Shown: positions 22,240-37,985 of the stretch, one piece after another
Position numbering within the stretch: the first letter of the stretch is position 1
How the letters are laid out: each line of letters starts with the position of its first letter
Source of the DNA: an uncultured delta proteobacterium
Lineage (GTDB): Bacteria > Myxococcota > Myxococcia > Myxococcales > Anaeromyxobacteraceae
DNA length: 64,000 bases
Direction: 5' to 3'
NCBI GenBank assembly: GCA_963766715.1
Contig: CAVYBH010000011.1
Coordinates: 1 to 64,000, forward strand
Made by a program: the position numbers and the translations under genes
The notes under the pieces: generated by a model
Told to the model about the DNA's origin: nothing
What the model saw: the letters and a program-made list of their open reading frames with translations, nothing else
Database searches by the model: none

Positions 22240-22553
22240 CCCCTCGACCCTCCCGGCGAGAAAAAGGTCCCGCTGCCTCCGCGCGACGCGGGAGGCGAAG
22301 TTGACTGTTGGTGTAAGTACCTTGGGCGGCGTGAACTTCGTGACGTTCGTGAGACGGATCACTCTCTAGCGAAGGTCGAGGTCGAGGATCAAGTGCTCGT
22401 TCGAGTCTCTCGGCAGTCGCCGGTATTTCCTCGGGGATGCGCGCGCGCCGTCGCGCGGTGGCTCCGGGGCGCCTCCCGGTGATCGGCGGGAGGCGGGGCC
22501 GGACAGGGTGGCGTCCTTGACACGGCGCGCCTGATCGGGGAGGTTCCCGCGCC

Positions 22554-22703
22554 ATGAAGAGGACCTACCAACCCAAGAAGGTGAAGCGGAACCGGACCCA
22601 CGGATTCCGCAAGCGAATGAAGACCGTGGGTGGCCAGAACGTGATCAAGCGCCGCCGCGCCAAGGGGCGCAAGAGGCTGGCCACGAAGGCGCCGTCCAAG
22701 TAG
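22554..22703 (+). CDS. rpmH: 50S ribosomal protein L34
   Basis: [22 protein letters not shown]...KGRKRL (below ORF-track cutoff). Confidence 0.97.
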   Translation: MKRTYQPKKVKRNRTHGFRKRMKTVGGQNVIKRRRAKGRKRLATKAPSK

Positions 22704-22723
22704 GAAGCCGAGGCGGGGACTCC

Positions 22724-23068
22724 GTGCGCTTCGGCAAGGCGGCGCGCGTCCTGCGCCGCCGCGAGTTCCTGGCGGTCCAGCAGCGCGGAGAGCGCCTGTA
22801 CGCCGGGAAGCTCGTGGTCCTCGCCCTCGAGGCGGGGAAGGATCATCCCCGGATCGGCATCACGGTGCCGGGGAAGGTGGCGAACTCGGTGATCCGCAAC
22901 CGCATCAAGCGCTGGGTGCGCGAAGCCTGGAGGTCCGTGGCGGCCGATCTGCCGCCGGTGGACCTGGTGGTGATCGCACGCGCCGGAGCGGCCGAGGTCG
23001 GGCTCGAGGGCGCGCGCACGGCCCTGGCCGCGGCACGGGACCGGCTCGCCCGGGGGAGCGCCCGGTGA
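22724..23068 (+). CDS. rnpA: Ribonuclease P protein component
   Basis: RIGITV, NSVIRNRIKR RNR motif; synteny. Confidence 0.93.
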   Translation: MRFGKAARVLRRREFLAVQQRGERLYAGKLVVLALEAGKDHPRIGITVPGKVANSVIRNRIKRWVREAWRSVAADLPPVDLVVIARAGAAEVGLEGARTALAAARDRLARGSAR

Positions 23069-23284
23069 CGCCGGCCGCCCTTCCGCTCGTCGGCCTGGTC
23101 CGCGTCTACCAGCGGCTCGTCTCGCCGCTGCTGCCGCCCGTCGTGCCGGTTCTACCCCTCGTGCTCGGCCTACGCCGTCACGGCGCTGGAGCGCCACGGC
23201 GCCGCGAAGGGGAGCTGGCTGGCGGCGCGCCGCCTGGCCCGCTGCCACCCCTTCCACCCGGGCGGAATCGACCCGGTTCCCTGA
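23065..23284 (+). CDS. yidD: Membrane protein insertion efficiency factor (frameshift ~23140)
   Basis: YQRLVSPLL / [11 protein letters not shown]...[14 protein letters not shown]. Confidence 0.93.
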
Positions 23285-23315
23285 GAAGTCTCACGCAGAA
23301 GAAGGCAGGTACGTC

Positions 23316-24970
23316 TTGAACGACAGCAAGCGCATCATGTTCGCGGCGCTGGGATCGGTGCTGATCCTCTTCGCATGGAACGAGTTCGCCATGCCGAAGA
23401 AGGGCAAGCCCGCCCCGGCGGCGACGGTCCAGAAGGATGCGAAGGACGCGGCGGCCCAGGCGCCGGTGGGGGCCCAGGCCCCCGCCCCTGCCGTGCCCGC
23501 GGCACCCGCCGTTCCGCCCTCGGCGCCGGAGGAGCTGGTCGTCCTCGAGACGCCGGAGTTCAAGGCCACCTTCACGAGCTGGGGCGGCGCGCTGAAGCAC
23601 CTCACGCTCAAGCAGGAGACCTTCCGGAAGCGGGGCAAGGGCGAGGTGCCGGACGAGCCCATCGACCTGGTCCACGTGCGCGAGGGGGAGCCCTGGCCGC
23701 TGTCGGTGGTCCCGTCCGCCGAGCTGGGCGGGAGCGCCGAGGTGGCGAGCGACCCGCTGGCGAAGGCGCCGATGCGCGTCGTCTCGAAGGACGCCAGCAG
23801 CGTCACCTTCGAGGGGCGGATGGGCGCGGTCGACGTGCGGAAGTCCTTCCAGGTGGGCACGCGCCCGTTCCAGATCGACGTCGAGCTGGCGGTGGGAGGC
23901 GGCGAGCGGGCCGGCACGCGTGGCCATCGTCTACCCGGCCTTCCAGGCGCCCGACGCGCCGACCGCGGGGTTCTTCTCCGGCGGCGAGGTCTTCGAGAGC
24001 GTCGATCCCGATCTGCCGCGCCGGCGACAAGACCGAGCGCTTCGACGGGAAGGAGACCCTCAAGGTCCTCTCCGGGCCGCCCCGCTGGATGGGGCTCGAC
24101 CAGCAGTACTTCGTCTCGGCGCTCATGCCCCAGTCGGCCGAGGGGACCTGCTTCTTCGCCAAGCTGCCCGCGGCCGGGGAGAGCCTGGCCGGCCTGCGGA
24201 TCCCGGTGGACCGGGCCGCCCGCGCCACCTTCGAGCTCTACGCCGGCCCCAAGCAGATCGACCTGCTCCGCGCCTACAAGCGGGACCTCGAGACCGCCAT
24301 CGACTACGGCCCGGTCTCCAACTACTTCGCCTTCTTCGCCCGCATCCTGCTGTGGGTGATGCAGAAGTTCTACTCCTTCGCCCACAACTGGGGCGTGGCC
24401 ATCATCCTCCTTACACTCCTGGTGAAGGCGCTCCTCTATCCACTCACCGTGAAGTCGATGATGTCCATGCAGGAGATGAAGAATCTCCAGCCCAAGGTGG
24501 ACGCGCTGAAGGCCAAGTACGGCGACGACAAGGAGAAGATGAACCAGGAGGTCATGAAGCTGTACCAGGAGCACAAGGTGAACCCGCTGGGCGGGTGCCT
24601 GCCCCTCCTGCTGCAGATGCCGGTGTGGCTCGCCCTCTACGCCACCCTGCAGACCTCGGTCGAGCTCTACCGGCAGCCCTTCCTGTGGGTGAAGGACCTG
24701 ACCGCCTACGACCCGCTCTACATCCTGCCGCTCGCCATGGGCATCTCGAGCTTCGCCATGCAGAAGCTCTCGCCGCAGCCGGCCGACAACGCCCAGGCCA
24801 AGATGCTGCTCTACTTCATGCCGGTCTTCTTCACCTTCATCATGCTGAAGCTGCCGGCCGGCCTGACCCTGTACATCCTCGTGAACAACCTGCTCTCCAT
24901 CGCGCAGCAGCAGTGGATCATGCGCAAGAGCCGCAAGGCGACGTCGACGCCGACGCCGGCTCCAGCCTGA
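23316..24970 (+). CDS. yidC: Membrane protein insertase YidC (frameshifts ~23915, ~24008)
   Basis: YAGPK, NWGVAIILLT, NPLGGCLP, DPLYILP. Confidence 0.96.
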
Positions 24971-24987
24971 CGCACCCCGGGGGGACC

Positions 24988-25507
24988 ATGCACGACGACG
25001 ATCGGGAGCGAACGCCGCCGCCGCGCGAGGCCCCGGAGAAGGTGGCCCGCGCGCAGGCCTTCTGCCAGGAGCTGCTGGGACGGATGGGCGCCACGGTGGA
25101 GGTCTCGGTCCAGGAGACGCCGGAGGCCATCGGCGTCTCGCTCGCGCCGCGGGAGGGAAACCCGGTCGAGATGTCGTCGGCGCTGGTGGAGGCCGTGCAG
25201 TACCTCGTGAACCGCGTGGTGAACCCGCGGGCCGAGGGGCGCAAGTGGGTGAACCTGGAGGTCGGGCGGCTTCCCGGAGGGAGGCGACCCGGCCACCAGG
25301 GCGATGGCGCTGCGGCTCGCCGAGACGGCGATGCGGACCGGCAAGGTGCTGGCGGTCGCGCCCATCAGCCCGCGCGACCGGCGCGCCGTCCACCTGGCGC
25401 TCGTCGACGTCGACGGGGTCTCGACCCGCAGCGAGGGCGAGGGGATCTTCCGGCAGCTGCTCATCGTCCCCGGGCCGAAGGCCGGGAAGCCGGTCTCGGG
25501 GAGCTGA
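24988..25507 (+). CDS. jag: Jag/KhpB-like KH-R3H RNA-binding protein (frameshift ~25275)
   Basis: EAVQYLVN; SPRDRRAVHLAL...TRSEGEG R3H motif; follows yidC. Confidence 0.85.
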
Positions 25508-25512
25508 TCGCC

Positions 25513-25725
25513 ATGGCCCGCGAGAAGACGAAGGACGAGAGGCTCTTCGCCGCGGCGGTCCTGCGGCGCTCCTTCGAGCTCTCCGGCGACGAGCAGCGGC
25601 AGGGCTTCAAGTTCGTCTACGAGGGCGTCCTGCGCGACCTCCAGCTGACCGACGAGGACGTGGTCGCGTTCCTGGCCGGTCACGCGATCGAGGTCGACGC
25701 CGCCATCGGACGCCGCAACCGCTAG
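25513..25725 (+). CDS. Small hypothetical protein (70 aa)
   Basis: [24 protein letters not shown]...; GGAG SD; fills the gap in the operon. Confidence 0.7.
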   Translation: MAREKTKDERLFAAAVLRRSFELSGDEQRQGFKFVYEGVLRDLQLTDEDVVAFLAGHAIEVDAAIGRRNR

Positions 25726-25744
25726 CGGCCGGAGCCGGGATCCC

Positions 25745-26398
25745 GTGGACGCACCGTTTGGCGAGACGCTGGAGCAGGGCGCCCGGGCGCTGGGGATCCC
25801 GCTCACCGCCCCGGCCCGGGAGAAGCTGGAGCGCTACGCCGACCGGCTGCTCGCCTGGAACCGGAAGGTGAACCTCACCGCCATCACCGATCCGGCGGAG
25901 CTGGCGGAGAAGCACCTCCTCGACAGCCTCGCGCTCCTGCCCGAGGTGACGGGCGCGGCCACGCTGCTCGACGTGGGGAGCGGCGCCGGCCTGCCGGGCA
26001 TCCCCCTCGCCATCGCCCTCCCCTCCCTCGACGTCACCTGCTGCGACACGGTGGCGAAGAAGGTGGCCTTCGTGAAGGCGGTCGCGGCCGAGCTCGACCT
26101 CCGGGTCCGGGGCGTCGCGGCCCGCGCCGAGGGGAACCCCGAGCGGGAGGGGCTGCCGCGGGCCCAGGTGGTGGTCTCGCGGGCCTTCGCCGACCCGGAG
26201 CGCTGGCTGCCGCTCGGCGTGCGCTACCTCGCCCCGGGCGGGCGCCTGCTCGCGACGCTGGGGCGCGACGCCGACGAGGAACGGCTGCGCCGCTGCGGGG
26301 AGGCGTCCGGGCTGTCGCTGGCGTCGTTCCGGCGGTTCGAGCTGCCCCGGTCCGGCGCCCACCGGGCCGTCGCGACCTTCGTCGCCCGGCCGTCGTAG
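25745..26398 (+). CDS. rsmG: 16S rRNA m7G527 methyltransferase
   Basis: [32 protein letters not shown]. Confidence 0.95.
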   Translation: MDAPFGETLEQGARALGIPLTAPAREKLERYADRLLAWNRKVNLTAITDPAELAEKHLLDSLALLPEVTGAATLLDVGSGAGLPGIPLAIALPSLDVTCCDTVAKKVAFVKAVAAELDLRVRGVAARAEGNPEREGLPRAQVVVSRAFADPERWLPLGVRYLAPGGRLLATLGRDADEERLRRCGEASGLSLASFRRFELPRSGAHRAVATFVARPS

Positions 26399-26425
26399 GG
26401 TCCGGCGGGGTCCGGCCAGGCCGGA

Positions 26426-26441
26426 CGTTCCACGTGGAACA
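26426..26441. promoter_or_regulatory. parS: parS site 1
   Basis: CGTTCCACGTGGAACA palindrome. Confidence 0.95.
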
Positions 26442-26470
26442 TCGGGCCTGCGGCCCGGGATCCCGGGCGA

Positions 26471-26486
26471 CGTTCCACGTGGAACA
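26471..26486. promoter_or_regulatory. parS: parS site 2
   Basis: Identical CGTTCCACGTGGAACA within a 21-bp direct repeat. Confidence 0.95.
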
Positions 26487-26585
26487 TCGCGGGGTCCGGC
26501 TTCCCGCCCCTCCCCGGCCCTGTCAGATCCTGGGAGCATTCTCGGGCCCGGCCGGGGTAGAACCGGCCGCCAACCCGGGAGCGCC

Positions 26586-27364
26586 ATGGGAAGGACCGTC
26601 ACCATCGCCAACCAGAAGGGCGGCGTCGGGAAGACCACGACCGCCGTGAACCTCGCCGCGTCGCTGGCCTCGGGGGAGCACCGCACCTTGCTCGTGGACC
26701 TCGACCCGCAGGGGAACGCCGGCTCGGCGCTGGGCGTGGCCCGCGACGAGGTGGAGGGGTCGGTCTACGACGTGCTGCTCGACGGTCGCGCGGTCGCCGA
26801 GGTGGCCCGGCGCACCGAGCTCCGGTTCCTCGACCTCCTCCCCGCCAGCCGCCACCTGGTCGGCGCCGAGATCGAGCTGGCCACCTCCGAGCGGCGGGAG
26901 TTCCGGCTTCGCGATGCGCTCGCCGCCGTCCGGGGCGACTACGAGCACGTCATCATCGACTGCCCGCCGTCGCTCGGGCTCCTCACCCTGAACGCGCTCG
27001 TCGCCTCCGACGGCGTCATCGTGCCGCTGCAGTGCGAGTACTTCGCGCTCGAGGGGCTCGCCGACATCCTGCGCACGGTCGAGCTCGTGAAGGGCGGCAT
27101 GAACCCCGCCCTCGAGGTGGACGGCATCCTCCTCACCATGTTCGGCCAGAACAACCTGGCCACCCAGGTGGCCGAGGACATCCGGCAGCACTTCGCCGGG
27201 CGGGTCTTCGAGACCGTCATCCCCCGCAACGTCCGGCTCTCCGAGAGCCAGTCCCACGGCAAGCCCATCCTGCTCTACGACGTGGCGAGCAAGGGCTGCC
27301 AGAGCTACCTGGCCTTCGCGCGGGAGGTCTCCCGCCGCGACGGGCGCAGGGAGAGGAACGCGTC

Positions 27365-27368
<4 letters not shown>
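26586..27368 (+). CDS. parA: Chromosome partitioning ATPase ParA/Soj
   Basis: NQKGGVGKTT, DLDPQGN, DCPPSLG, IPRNVRL. Confidence 0.96.
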
Positions 27369-28232
<864 letters not shown>

Positions 28233-28314
28233 TCATCCGTTCGGGTGCCTGCCGCACCCGTGCGGGACATGGCACGTTGAAGCCCGGGCCGGGTCGGTGT
28301 AACCCTTCCCTCCC

Positions 28315-28713
28315 ATGGCCATGCTCAAGCGCGACGAGACCCCGGTCGCCGCCGTCGGCAGCGACCTCAACGCCCTCCTCGGGCGCGGCTCCGAGTTCGA
28401 CGGGAAGCTCACCTTCGAGGGCACCGTCCGGATCGACGGCCGCTTCACCGGCACCATCGTCACGAGCGACACGCTGGTGGTCGGCGAGGGCGCGCAGGTG
28501 AGCGCCGAGATCACCTGCGGCACGCTCATCGTCCACGGCTCGGTGACCGGCAACGTGAAGGCCAGCGTCTCGGTCGAGCTGCACCCGCCTGCCCGCGTGA
28601 ACGGCAACGTCGAGACCCCCGCGCTGACCGTGCTGAAGGGCGTGGCCTTCAACGGCCAGTGCAAGATGGAGCCGCCGGCGCGGGCGGCGACGGGGCCCGT
28701 CCCGGTGAAGTGA
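28315..28713 (+). CDS. Bactofilin (BacM-like)
   Basis: LGRGSEFDGKLTFEGTVRIDGRFTG beta-helix repeats; directly after parB. Confidence 0.92.
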   Translation: MAMLKRDETPVAAVGSDLNALLGRGSEFDGKLTFEGTVRIDGRFTGTIVTSDTLVVGEGAQVSAEITCGTLIVHGSVTGNVKASVSVELHPPARVNGNVETPALTVLKGVAFNGQCKMEPPARAATGPVPVK

Positions 28714-28759
28714 TCGCGGAGGGCGCCGGGAAACGCAGGCCAGCAAGGGAAGAATGGAA

Positions 28760-28783
28760 GGGGCGCGCCCTGGAGCGCGCCCC
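28760..28783 (-). terminator. Hairpin between convergent bactofilin and hsp20
   Basis: GGGGCGCGC/GCGCGCCCC 9-bp stem followed by TTCCATTCTT on minus. Confidence 0.55.
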
Positions 28784-28811
28784 CGGTGACCGGTCGCGCC
28801 GCCCTGCCCGC

Positions 28812-29248
28812 CTACTGGACCTTCACCTGGATGGAGCGGGGCTTGGCCTCGGACCGCTTGGGCAGGTGGACGGCGAGCACGCCGTGCTTCGACTCGGCGT
28901 GAACCTTCTCCGGGTCCACCGAGGTGGGGAGCGCGAAGGTGCGGGTGAAGGAGCCGTAGGCCATCTCCACCCGGTGGTAGTTCTCCTTCTGCTCCTCCTT
29001 CTCGATCTTCCGCTCGCCCTTCAGGGTGAGCACCCCGTTCTCGACCCGGATCTCGACGTCCTTGGGGTCGACCCCGGCGAGGGCCGCCCGGATGACGACC
29101 TCGTCGGCGTCCTCGAAGACGTCGCAGGCCGGCGTCCAGCCGATGGACTCGGCCGGCTGCTCGCCGCGCTCGTCGAGCATCCGCGCAGCATCTCCTCCTG
29201 GATGCGGGCCAGGTCCCGGAAGGGGTCGAATCGCGTGATAATTGCCAT
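28812..29248 (-). CDS. Hsp20/alpha-crystallin small heat shock protein (frameshift ~29185)
   Basis: MAIITRFDPFRDL; LTLKGERK, YGSFTRTFALP, GVLAVHLPK, IQV. Confidence 0.93.
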
Positions 29249-29285
29249 GGTTGGCCTCCTGGGCTGGTCGTGGGTCAGCAGGCCG

Positions 29286-29313
29286 AACGTAAGCACCTCC
29301 CCTCCCCTGTCAA
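29286..29313 (-). promoter_or_regulatory. Putative hsp20 promoter
   Basis: TTGACA-16 bp-TACGTT. Confidence 0.5.
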
Positions 29314-29404
29314 ACCGCGTCCCGGCAGGGCCGCCAGGTGCGCGTAGCGTCCACGCCCTTCCCTTGACCGGCGACCTTCCGGAGTGCTAGTTAGCGGCCC
29401 CCTT

Positions 29405-29942
29405 ATGATCGTCGGTTCCATCGCCCGCCGCTACGCCAAGGCGTTGTTCTCCTTGGCGGACGAGCAGGGTCAAGTCGAGCAGTGGTCGACCGGCCTCGAT
29501 GCGCTCGGGAGGGCGCTCGCCTCCTCGCCGAGCTGCGCGAGACCCTCGCGTCCCCGTCTTCGAGAAGGACCAGCGGCGCGGCGTGGTCGCGGCGCTCGCG
29601 ACGAGCCTCGGCCTCGCCGAGACGGCGGCGAACTTCCTCCTCCTCCTCGCCGACCGCGACCGGCTCGCCTACCTGCCGGCCATCATCCAGAACTTCCGCG
29701 ACCTCGCCGACGCCCGCCTCGGTCGCGTGCGCGCCAAGGTCACGAGCGCCGTGCCGCTCTCGCCCGACGAGGCGAAGCGCATCGCCGAGAAGCTCGCCCA
29801 GGGAGCCCGGGCCCAGGTCATCGTGGAGACGGCCGTGGACGCGGCGCTCCTGGGAGGCGTGGTCGCCCAGGTGGGAAGCCTGGTCTACGACGGCTCCGTC
29901 CGGTCGCAGCTCGAGGAGCTGCGCCGCGCCATGAAGCACTAG
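29405..29942 (+). CDS. atpH: ATP synthase F1 delta (frameshifts ~29530-29555)
   Basis: [36 protein letters not shown]. Confidence 0.93.
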
Positions 29943-29964
29943 CCACCAGCTGGAGACGAAGAAC

Positions 29965-31503
<1,539 letters not shown>

Positions 31504-31524
31504 GGAAGGCCCCCGAGGCGAAAC

Positions 31525-33862
<2,338 letters not shown>

Positions 33863-33883
33863 CCGCCAGGGACGGGGAACGCC

Positions 33884-34285
33884 ATGGCCGCACTGACCCT
33901 CGAGATCGTCACGCCGGAGCGGCGCGTCGCCACGATGCAGGCCGACGAGGTCCGCGCGCCCGGCGTGCTGGGCGGCTTCGGCATCCGCAAGGACCACACG
34001 CCGTTCATGTCGCAGCTGGCGCCCGGCCGGCTCACCATCGTCGACGGCGCCCGCGAGATCCACTACGCCATCGGCGGGGGCTTCCTGCAGGTGGCCGACA
34101 ACAAGGTGATCGTGCTCGCCGACAGCGCGGAGGAGCGCGAGGAGATCGACGTCGAGCGGGCGAAGAAGGCCTTCACCGAGTCGACCGAGCGGCTGCGCAA
34201 GCTCACCGAGCAGGACGAGAACTACCCCGAGGAGTCGGCGCGCGTGCGCCGCGCCACGGCCCGTCTCGACGTTGCCGGAAGGTGA
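33884..34285 (+). CDS. atpC: ATP synthase F1 epsilon
   Basis: LEIVTPE, HTP, GGFLQV, IDVERA. Confidence 0.96.
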   Translation: MAALTLEIVTPERRVATMQADEVRAPGVLGGFGIRKDHTPFMSQLAPGRLTIVDGAREIHYAIGGGFLQVADNKVIVLADSAEEREEIDVERAKKAFTESTERLRKLTEQDENYPEESARVRRATARLDVAGR

Positions 34286-34319
34286 ACCGGGGCCCCCGGG
34301 CCCCGCTCGATTCCCGAAG

Positions 34320-34352
34320 GCCCCGCCGGCACCCTGCCGGCGGGGCTTTCTC
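34320..34352 (+). terminator. Terminator after atpC
   Basis: GCCCCGCCGGCA-CCC-TGCCGGCGGGGC-TTTCTC. Confidence 0.8.
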
Positions 34353-34353
34353 G

Positions 34354-34382
34354 TTGAAATTCCTGCAAGATTCGGCTAGATA
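34354..34382 (+). promoter_or_regulatory. Putative gyrA promoter
   Basis: TTGAAA-17 bp-TAGATA. Confidence 0.45.
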
Positions 34383-34439
34383 AGAGGGTCCCGTTCGAGG
34401 GCCCTCCCGCCACCGCGGAACGCCCCCGGCGACCCCAAA

Positions 34440-37108
34440 ATGGCCGAAGACATCCTCCCGCCCGTCCCGCCCGAGGCGCCGCCTCCGGCGCCGCCCCCCG
34501 AGGCCCCGCGTCAGCAGGTGGCCATCGAGGACGAGATGCGCCGTTCGTATCTCGACTACTCGATGTCGGTCATCATCGGGCGCGCGCTGCCCGACGTCCG
34601 CGACGGCCTGAAGCCGGTGCACCGGCGCGTCCTCTACGCCATGCACTCGGAGGGGCTGCACCACAACAAGCGCTACTCCAAGTGCGCCGGCGTGGTGGGC
34701 GAGGTGCTGAAGAAGTACCACCCCCACGGCGACTCCTCGGTCTACGACGCGCTGGTGCGCCTCGCGCAGGACTGGAACCTGCGCTACCCGCTCATCGACG
34801 GGCAGGGCAACTTCGGCTCGGTCGACGGCGACCCGGCCGCCGCCTACCGGTACACCGAGTCGCGCCTCGAGAAGCTGGCCGACTACCTGCTCGCCGACAT
34901 CGACAAGGAGACCGTCGACTGGGCGCCCAACTTCGACGACTCCACCGTCGAGCCCACCGTGCTCCCGGCCCGGTTCCCGAACCTGCTCGTGAACGGCTCG
35001 GCGGGCATCGCGGTCGGCATGGCCACCAACATCCCGCCCCACAACATGGGCGAGGTGATCTCGGCGGCCATCCACCTGATGCGCAATCCCAAGGCCACGG
35101 TGGCGGAGCTGATGCGGTTCATCCCCGGCCCCGACTTCCCCACGTCCGGGATGATCCTGGGGCGGGACGGGATCCGCCAGGCCTACGAGACCGGCCGCGG
35201 GAGCATCACCGTGCGGGCCCGGGCCACCGTCGAGGTGCACCCCAAGACCGAGCGGGAGAGCATCGTCGTCACCGAGATCCCCTACCAGGTGAACAAGGCG
35301 CGGCTGGTGGAGAGCATCGCCGACCTGGTCCGCGAGAAGCGCATCGAGGGCATCTCCGACCTGCGCGACGAGTCCTCCCGCGAGGGCATGCGGGTGGTGA
35401 TCGAGCTGAAGCGGGACGCGATGGCGCAGGTGGTGCTGAACAACCTCTACCAGCACACCACCCTGCAGACCGGCTTCGGCATCATCATGCTGGCCATCGA
35501 CGGCGGCCAGCCGCGCACGCTCACGCTGAAGCAGATGCTGGAGCGCTTCGTCGCCCACCGGCGCGACGTGGTCACCCGGCGCACCCGCTTCGAGCTGAAG
35601 CAGGCCCGGGCCCGCGAGCACATCCTGCTCGGCCTGCAGATCGCGCTCGACCACATCGACGAGATCATCGAGCTCATCCGCAAGGCCCCCGACCGCGAGA
35701 GCGCGCGCGAGGAGCTGCAGTCCCGCTTCTCGCTCTCCGAGATCCAGGCCAAGGCCATCCTCGAGATGCAGCTGCAGCGCCTCACCGGGCTGGAGCGGCA
35801 GAAGATCATCGACGAGCTGGCCGAGGTGCAGAAGCTCATCGCCCGGCTCCGCGAGATCCTGGCGTCGGAGAAGGTGCTGCTCGACGTGATCGTGGGCGAG
35901 CTCGAGGAGGTCAAGGAGCTCTTCTCCGACGAGCGGCGCACCGAGATCCTGGGCGCCGCCGCCGACCTGAACGTCGAGGACCTCATCAAGGAAGAGGAGA
36001 TGGTGGTCACCGTCTCCCACGCCGGCTACGTGAAGCGGAACCCCATCTCGCTCTACCGGGCGCAGCGCCGGGGAGGGAAGGGGAAGACCGGCGCGGCCAC
36101 GCGCGACGAGGACTTCCTCGAGAACCTCTTCGTCGCCTCCACCCACTCCTACCTGCTCGTCTTCTCCGACAAGGGGAAGGTGTACTGGCTGAAGGTGCAC
36201 GAGATCCCGCAGGCCGGGCGCGCGGCGCGCGGCAAGCCCATCGTGAACCTGGTGCAGCTGTCGCAGGGCGAGAAGGTGGCCGCCATCCTGCCGGTGCGCG
36301 AGCTGCCGGCGCCGGCCGCCGCGAGCGGTCCGGACGACGGGGAAGGGGAGGGGGAGGGCGAGGAGTCCGCGCCGCCGACACCTTCGTCTTCGCCGCCACC
36401 CGCCGCGGCCTGGTGAAGAAGACGCCGCTCACGGCCTACGCCCGTCCGCGCCCGTCCGGGATCATCGCCCTCTCCATCGAGGAAGGGGACAGCCTCATCG
36501 CCGCCCGCATCACCGACGGCAAGGGGCACATCCTCCTCTCCACCGCGCAGGGCATGGCCATCCGCTTCGAGGAGTCGGAGGTCCGCCCCATGGGGCGCGG
36601 CGCCTACGGCGTGAAGGGCATCAGCCTCGACGAGGGGGACGAGGTGGTGAGCGCCGAGTCGCTCCCGCCGACGCAGGAGGGGGCGATCGCCGCCACCATC
36701 CTCTCCGTCACCGCCAACGGCTACGGCAAGCGCACCGAGCTCTCCGAGTACCGGGTCCAGAGCCGCGGCGGCAAGGGCATCATCACCATCAAGGCCACCG
36801 AGCGGAACGGGCAGGTGGTGGCCGCGCTGCCGGTGGTCGAGGCCGACGAGGTGATGCTCATCACCAACCGGGGCATGCTCATCCGGATGCCGGCCGGGCA
36901 GATCAGCCTCATCGGCCGCAACACCCAGGGCGTGCGCCTCATCACCGTCGAGTCGCGCGAGGAGCAGGTGGCCGGCGTGGCCCGCGTGGCCGAGAACGTG
37001 GCGGTCGCCGGCGAGGGCGGCGAGGCCGCCGCCGGCGATCCCCTGGCCGACGAGGGCGGGGACGAGGACGCAGGCGGCGACGGGAGCCCGGAGGGCGAGC
37101 CGGCTTGA
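34440..37108 (+). CDS. gyrA: DNA gyrase subunit A (frameshift ~36380)
   Basis: [29 protein letters not shown], GyrA-box QRRGGKG, beta-pinwheel repeats, acidic tail. Confidence 0.97.
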
Positions 37109-37985
37109 GGGCGCGGCGAAGTTCCGCGCTGGCCGCGGCGCTCTGCGCCCTCGCCCTGCTCGCGACGGGCTGCAGCTCCCCGGACGGGAAGCTGGAGGCC
37201 GCCAACGCGCTCCGGCACCAGGGGAAGGCAGCAGGAGGCGCTGGCCGCCTACCGCGAGATCCTGGGCGAGCTCGGCGACGGCACCATCCCGCGGTGGGAG
37301 ACCGGCGTGCGCCTCAAGGCGCTGCAGTACGCCGCCGACGTCTCCTACCTCGACCTGGGCGACTACCTGGGAGCCATCGGCTACTACCGGCGGATCGTCT
37401 CGCTCTACCCGGGCACCGACGACGCCTGGAAGGCGCGCGCCGCCATCGGCGACATCTACGCCCAGCGGCTCGGCGACCCGCGGGCCGCCATCACGCAGTA
37501 CGCGGCGGTGGCCCAGGGCGACTCCCGGGACGCGCCGCGCTTCCAGCTGCTGGTGGCCCGGCAGTACCTCGAGCTGAAGAACTTCGAGCAGGCGCGCACC
37601 GAGGCCCGCATCCTCCGCGAGCGGTGGCCGCAGAGCCCGGAGGCCGACGACGCCCAGCTCCTCACGGCGCAGGCCTGGTCGCTCGAGGACCGGCCCGAGG
37701 AGGCGCTCGGCGCCTTCCAGGCCGCCGTCGGACCGGCGCCCCCGCCCGGAGATCGCGGCGCTGGCGCTGGAGGGAGCCGCGCAGATCCAGGCCCGGGCCG
37801 GAAGGTTCGACAAGGCCATCGAGTTGTACACGCAGGCCATGCCCGGCCACCCCAACCCCGATGCACTCCGGACCAACATCGACAAGGTCCGGGAGCGGCG
37901 TGAGGCCGCGAAGACCGTGACCCCCGGCGACCGAGACGCAGCCCTCGACCACAACGTCCGGGGGCGGACCAAGGAGATCCCGTGA
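37105..37985 (+). CDS. Tetratricopeptide-repeat lipoprotein (frameshifts ~37230, ~37730)
   Basis: Lipobox ATGC; TPR-like repeats (AIGYYRRIVSLYPG); overlaps gyrA stop and hemL start. Confidence 0.75.

Noticed and set aside
26424..26489. Mini CRISPR array
   Set aside because: Only two 21-bp copies, matching parS; no cas genes in the window
29364..29393. CIRCE element between hsp20 and atpH
   Set aside because: Only the right half (GAGTGCTAG) matches; better explained as the atpH promoter (TTGACC...TAGTTA)
34440..37108. parC rather than gyrA because it is unlinked from gyrB
   Set aside because: Intact GyrA-box QRRGGKG and acidic tail indicate gyrase
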